Assembly (NCBI GenBank): GCA_044892525.1
Contig: CM097886.1
Span: forward strand, 130,882,001 to 130,946,000
Direction of reading: 5' to 3'
Origin: Schmidtea polychroa
Lineage: Eukaryota
DNA: 64,000 nucleotides
In this document: piece by piece, positions 62,261-64,000 of the stretch
How the letters are laid out: the number at the start of each line of letters is the position of its first letter
How positions within the stretch are numbered: the stretch's first letter is position 1
Notes under the pieces: generated by a model
Told to the model about the DNA's origin: nothing
The model's input: only the letters and a program-made list of their open reading frames with translations
Databases searched by the model: none
Position numbers and translations under genes: made by a program

Positions 62261-64000
62261 GTGATTGATGTGAGTGATGGTTTTTCCAATGTAGTGATTG
62301 TGGCTGCGATACAGTGGATGAATTTAGTGATAAAAATTTTTCGGAAATCGATAAAAATGACATAATAAAGAAATCTGAGGAGTGATTTGCAAATCATGTT
62401 AGACCATCTCAATATATGCTTCAAATCGTGAAATGTGTAAATTTGAGGAAATTATTTGAATGTCATCAAATCACGATTCCTTTCAGCATTAATTCCGTTA
62501 TCTTATTCACCTTCAATTCAACTTATAGCTAGTGAAAAAGAACAAATCAAAGATACTTCATTATTTTAAAATTTATCTTTTGCATCACCATGATTTGCTT
62601 ACAACAAAAATTGTACTAGTGTAAAAGAGAAAGTTATCAAACGAACAAGCAAAAAGTGAATATATATTTATCGCGTCTCTGATATTATTAAAGAATCACT
62701 GTAAAATTCATAAGTGGTACAATAAACAACAAAAAATCAAAAATCAAACTGAAAAAGTTATTAAAAAAGGGGTAATGAGATGATGGTAATACTAGAAGAG
62801 CAAACATGATTGGAAACATGTGAATGGATTGATAAACATGAATTGCAAGAATTGCTGCTACCAAATAATTCGTCACATTCGTCTAGTGGTCATTGAGTTT
62901 GCGCACTGGGTGTTGCAATAAATCTTGAGATTTGAGGGGTGAATTTTTGCGTAATTGTAGTAAGATGAATCAAATCGATTGTTAATTTCACCGACTACCA
63001 TCAATTTTGTTAAGTGGTTTTATTAGGGCTATTTTGCCGGTTCTCATTTCATTGAACTGTTTTGTCGGGGCTACACCATACTTGTTTGTTTTCAATGACT
63101 CTCTTTATTTTTTTATACTGAAATAAATTTTCGATTTGTTTTGTAAGTGAAAGAGTATGGGACTTTTATTTTTGAATCAATTTTCTTATATTATAGAATT
63201 TATTCAATGTAGATTAATGATTGAAAGCCGGTCTATAAATTTATATAATTATATTTGTTTTTTAAATAATGCCAACATATTGATGAAAATTATTTTAGGA
63301 AAAATAGAAAAAATGACCGAATAAATAAAATGAAGCATAATCTTGGAGCTTAGGGGTGTGTCATTTTAAATGTGTTAGGGGTACTGATGGATTTTGAATC
63401 GACTCCTTCCTAAACGCCTTCATTATTATTGTATTTTATACCATCTACGTACCAATGGTGGTAACCGCGTTGGTGCTGTACACAATGGTTGAAAATCAAT
63501 GAGCAGGTGAGATATAATGCTAAAACTACTCCTCATTGTATTTTCGTTTTCGGGTTCTGGACTGCCGATAGAAGGTCCTACGTCATTTTTCGTTATCTAT
63601 CTCTTTCTTAGATTGTTGTTATTGATTCATCTAATTATGGTCCTCATTACTGGATATTTTCAAATGCCATTTTCGCAAATTTTGCGCATGGATGTGCCTT
63701 TATTTCCCAGTTAATAAATTTCGTTCTATACTTATACAATACCTGAGGATTTTCGGCTTATTCTTTGAAAAATTTAAGCAGGGGTCTACCTATGTTTCCA
63801 CTTCTGTGCCCTACATCACATTTCTATCAAACTCCTGATACCAGTGACAAACTCGTTGGAGGCCCTACGAACGAAATCCAATCAAGTGAGTGCTGACATC
63901 CAACACGATGCAAATACGTGAGGTATCTGCATACAGCGAACGTACTCAAGTCTTATGACACTTTCTACCAAATAAAATCGAATAAAATAACATTCCCTAC

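Noticed and set aside
63612-63895. Possible GPCR-like last exon (…FISQLINFVLYLYNT)
   Set aside because: In-frame TGA follows, and no consistent upstream exon chain could be built; too weak to call.

Overview
AT-rich animal genomic DNA with very short introns (about 44-57 nt) and two assembly gaps. Host genes: the 3' part of a Fat-type cadherin (EGF/LamG/EGF/TM), RPL31, and an ankyrin gene built one repeat per exon. Most of the rest is mobile DNA: the right end of a Maverick/Polinton-like element with a TBP-fold gene, two hAT transposase pseudogenes, Helitron-type and palindromic MITEs, mariner, Buster, Gypsy-RT and Zator-like relics, a minimal hammerhead ribozyme, a solo LTR, and a 5.7-kb non-coding fold-back element with Maverick-type AGTAGT/ACTACT ends. 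The standout is a young 14.6-kb Gypsy-type LTR element (26408-41041; 4-bp TSD GCTT; LTRs differ at 3 of 1082 aligned bases). Its coding order is Gag (3 CCHC), two ubiquitin-like domains, a Bcl-2-like domain whose tail anchor doubles as Env signal peptide, a chuvirus-type class III fusion glycoprotein, a retropepsin, and a second FN3-like type I membrane protein with a PPxY tail. It also has a candidate spliced coiled-coil ORF and an antisense spliced gene, but no RT, RNase H or integrase. All domain calls come from manual motif reading, not database searches, and novelty statements reflect my recall only.
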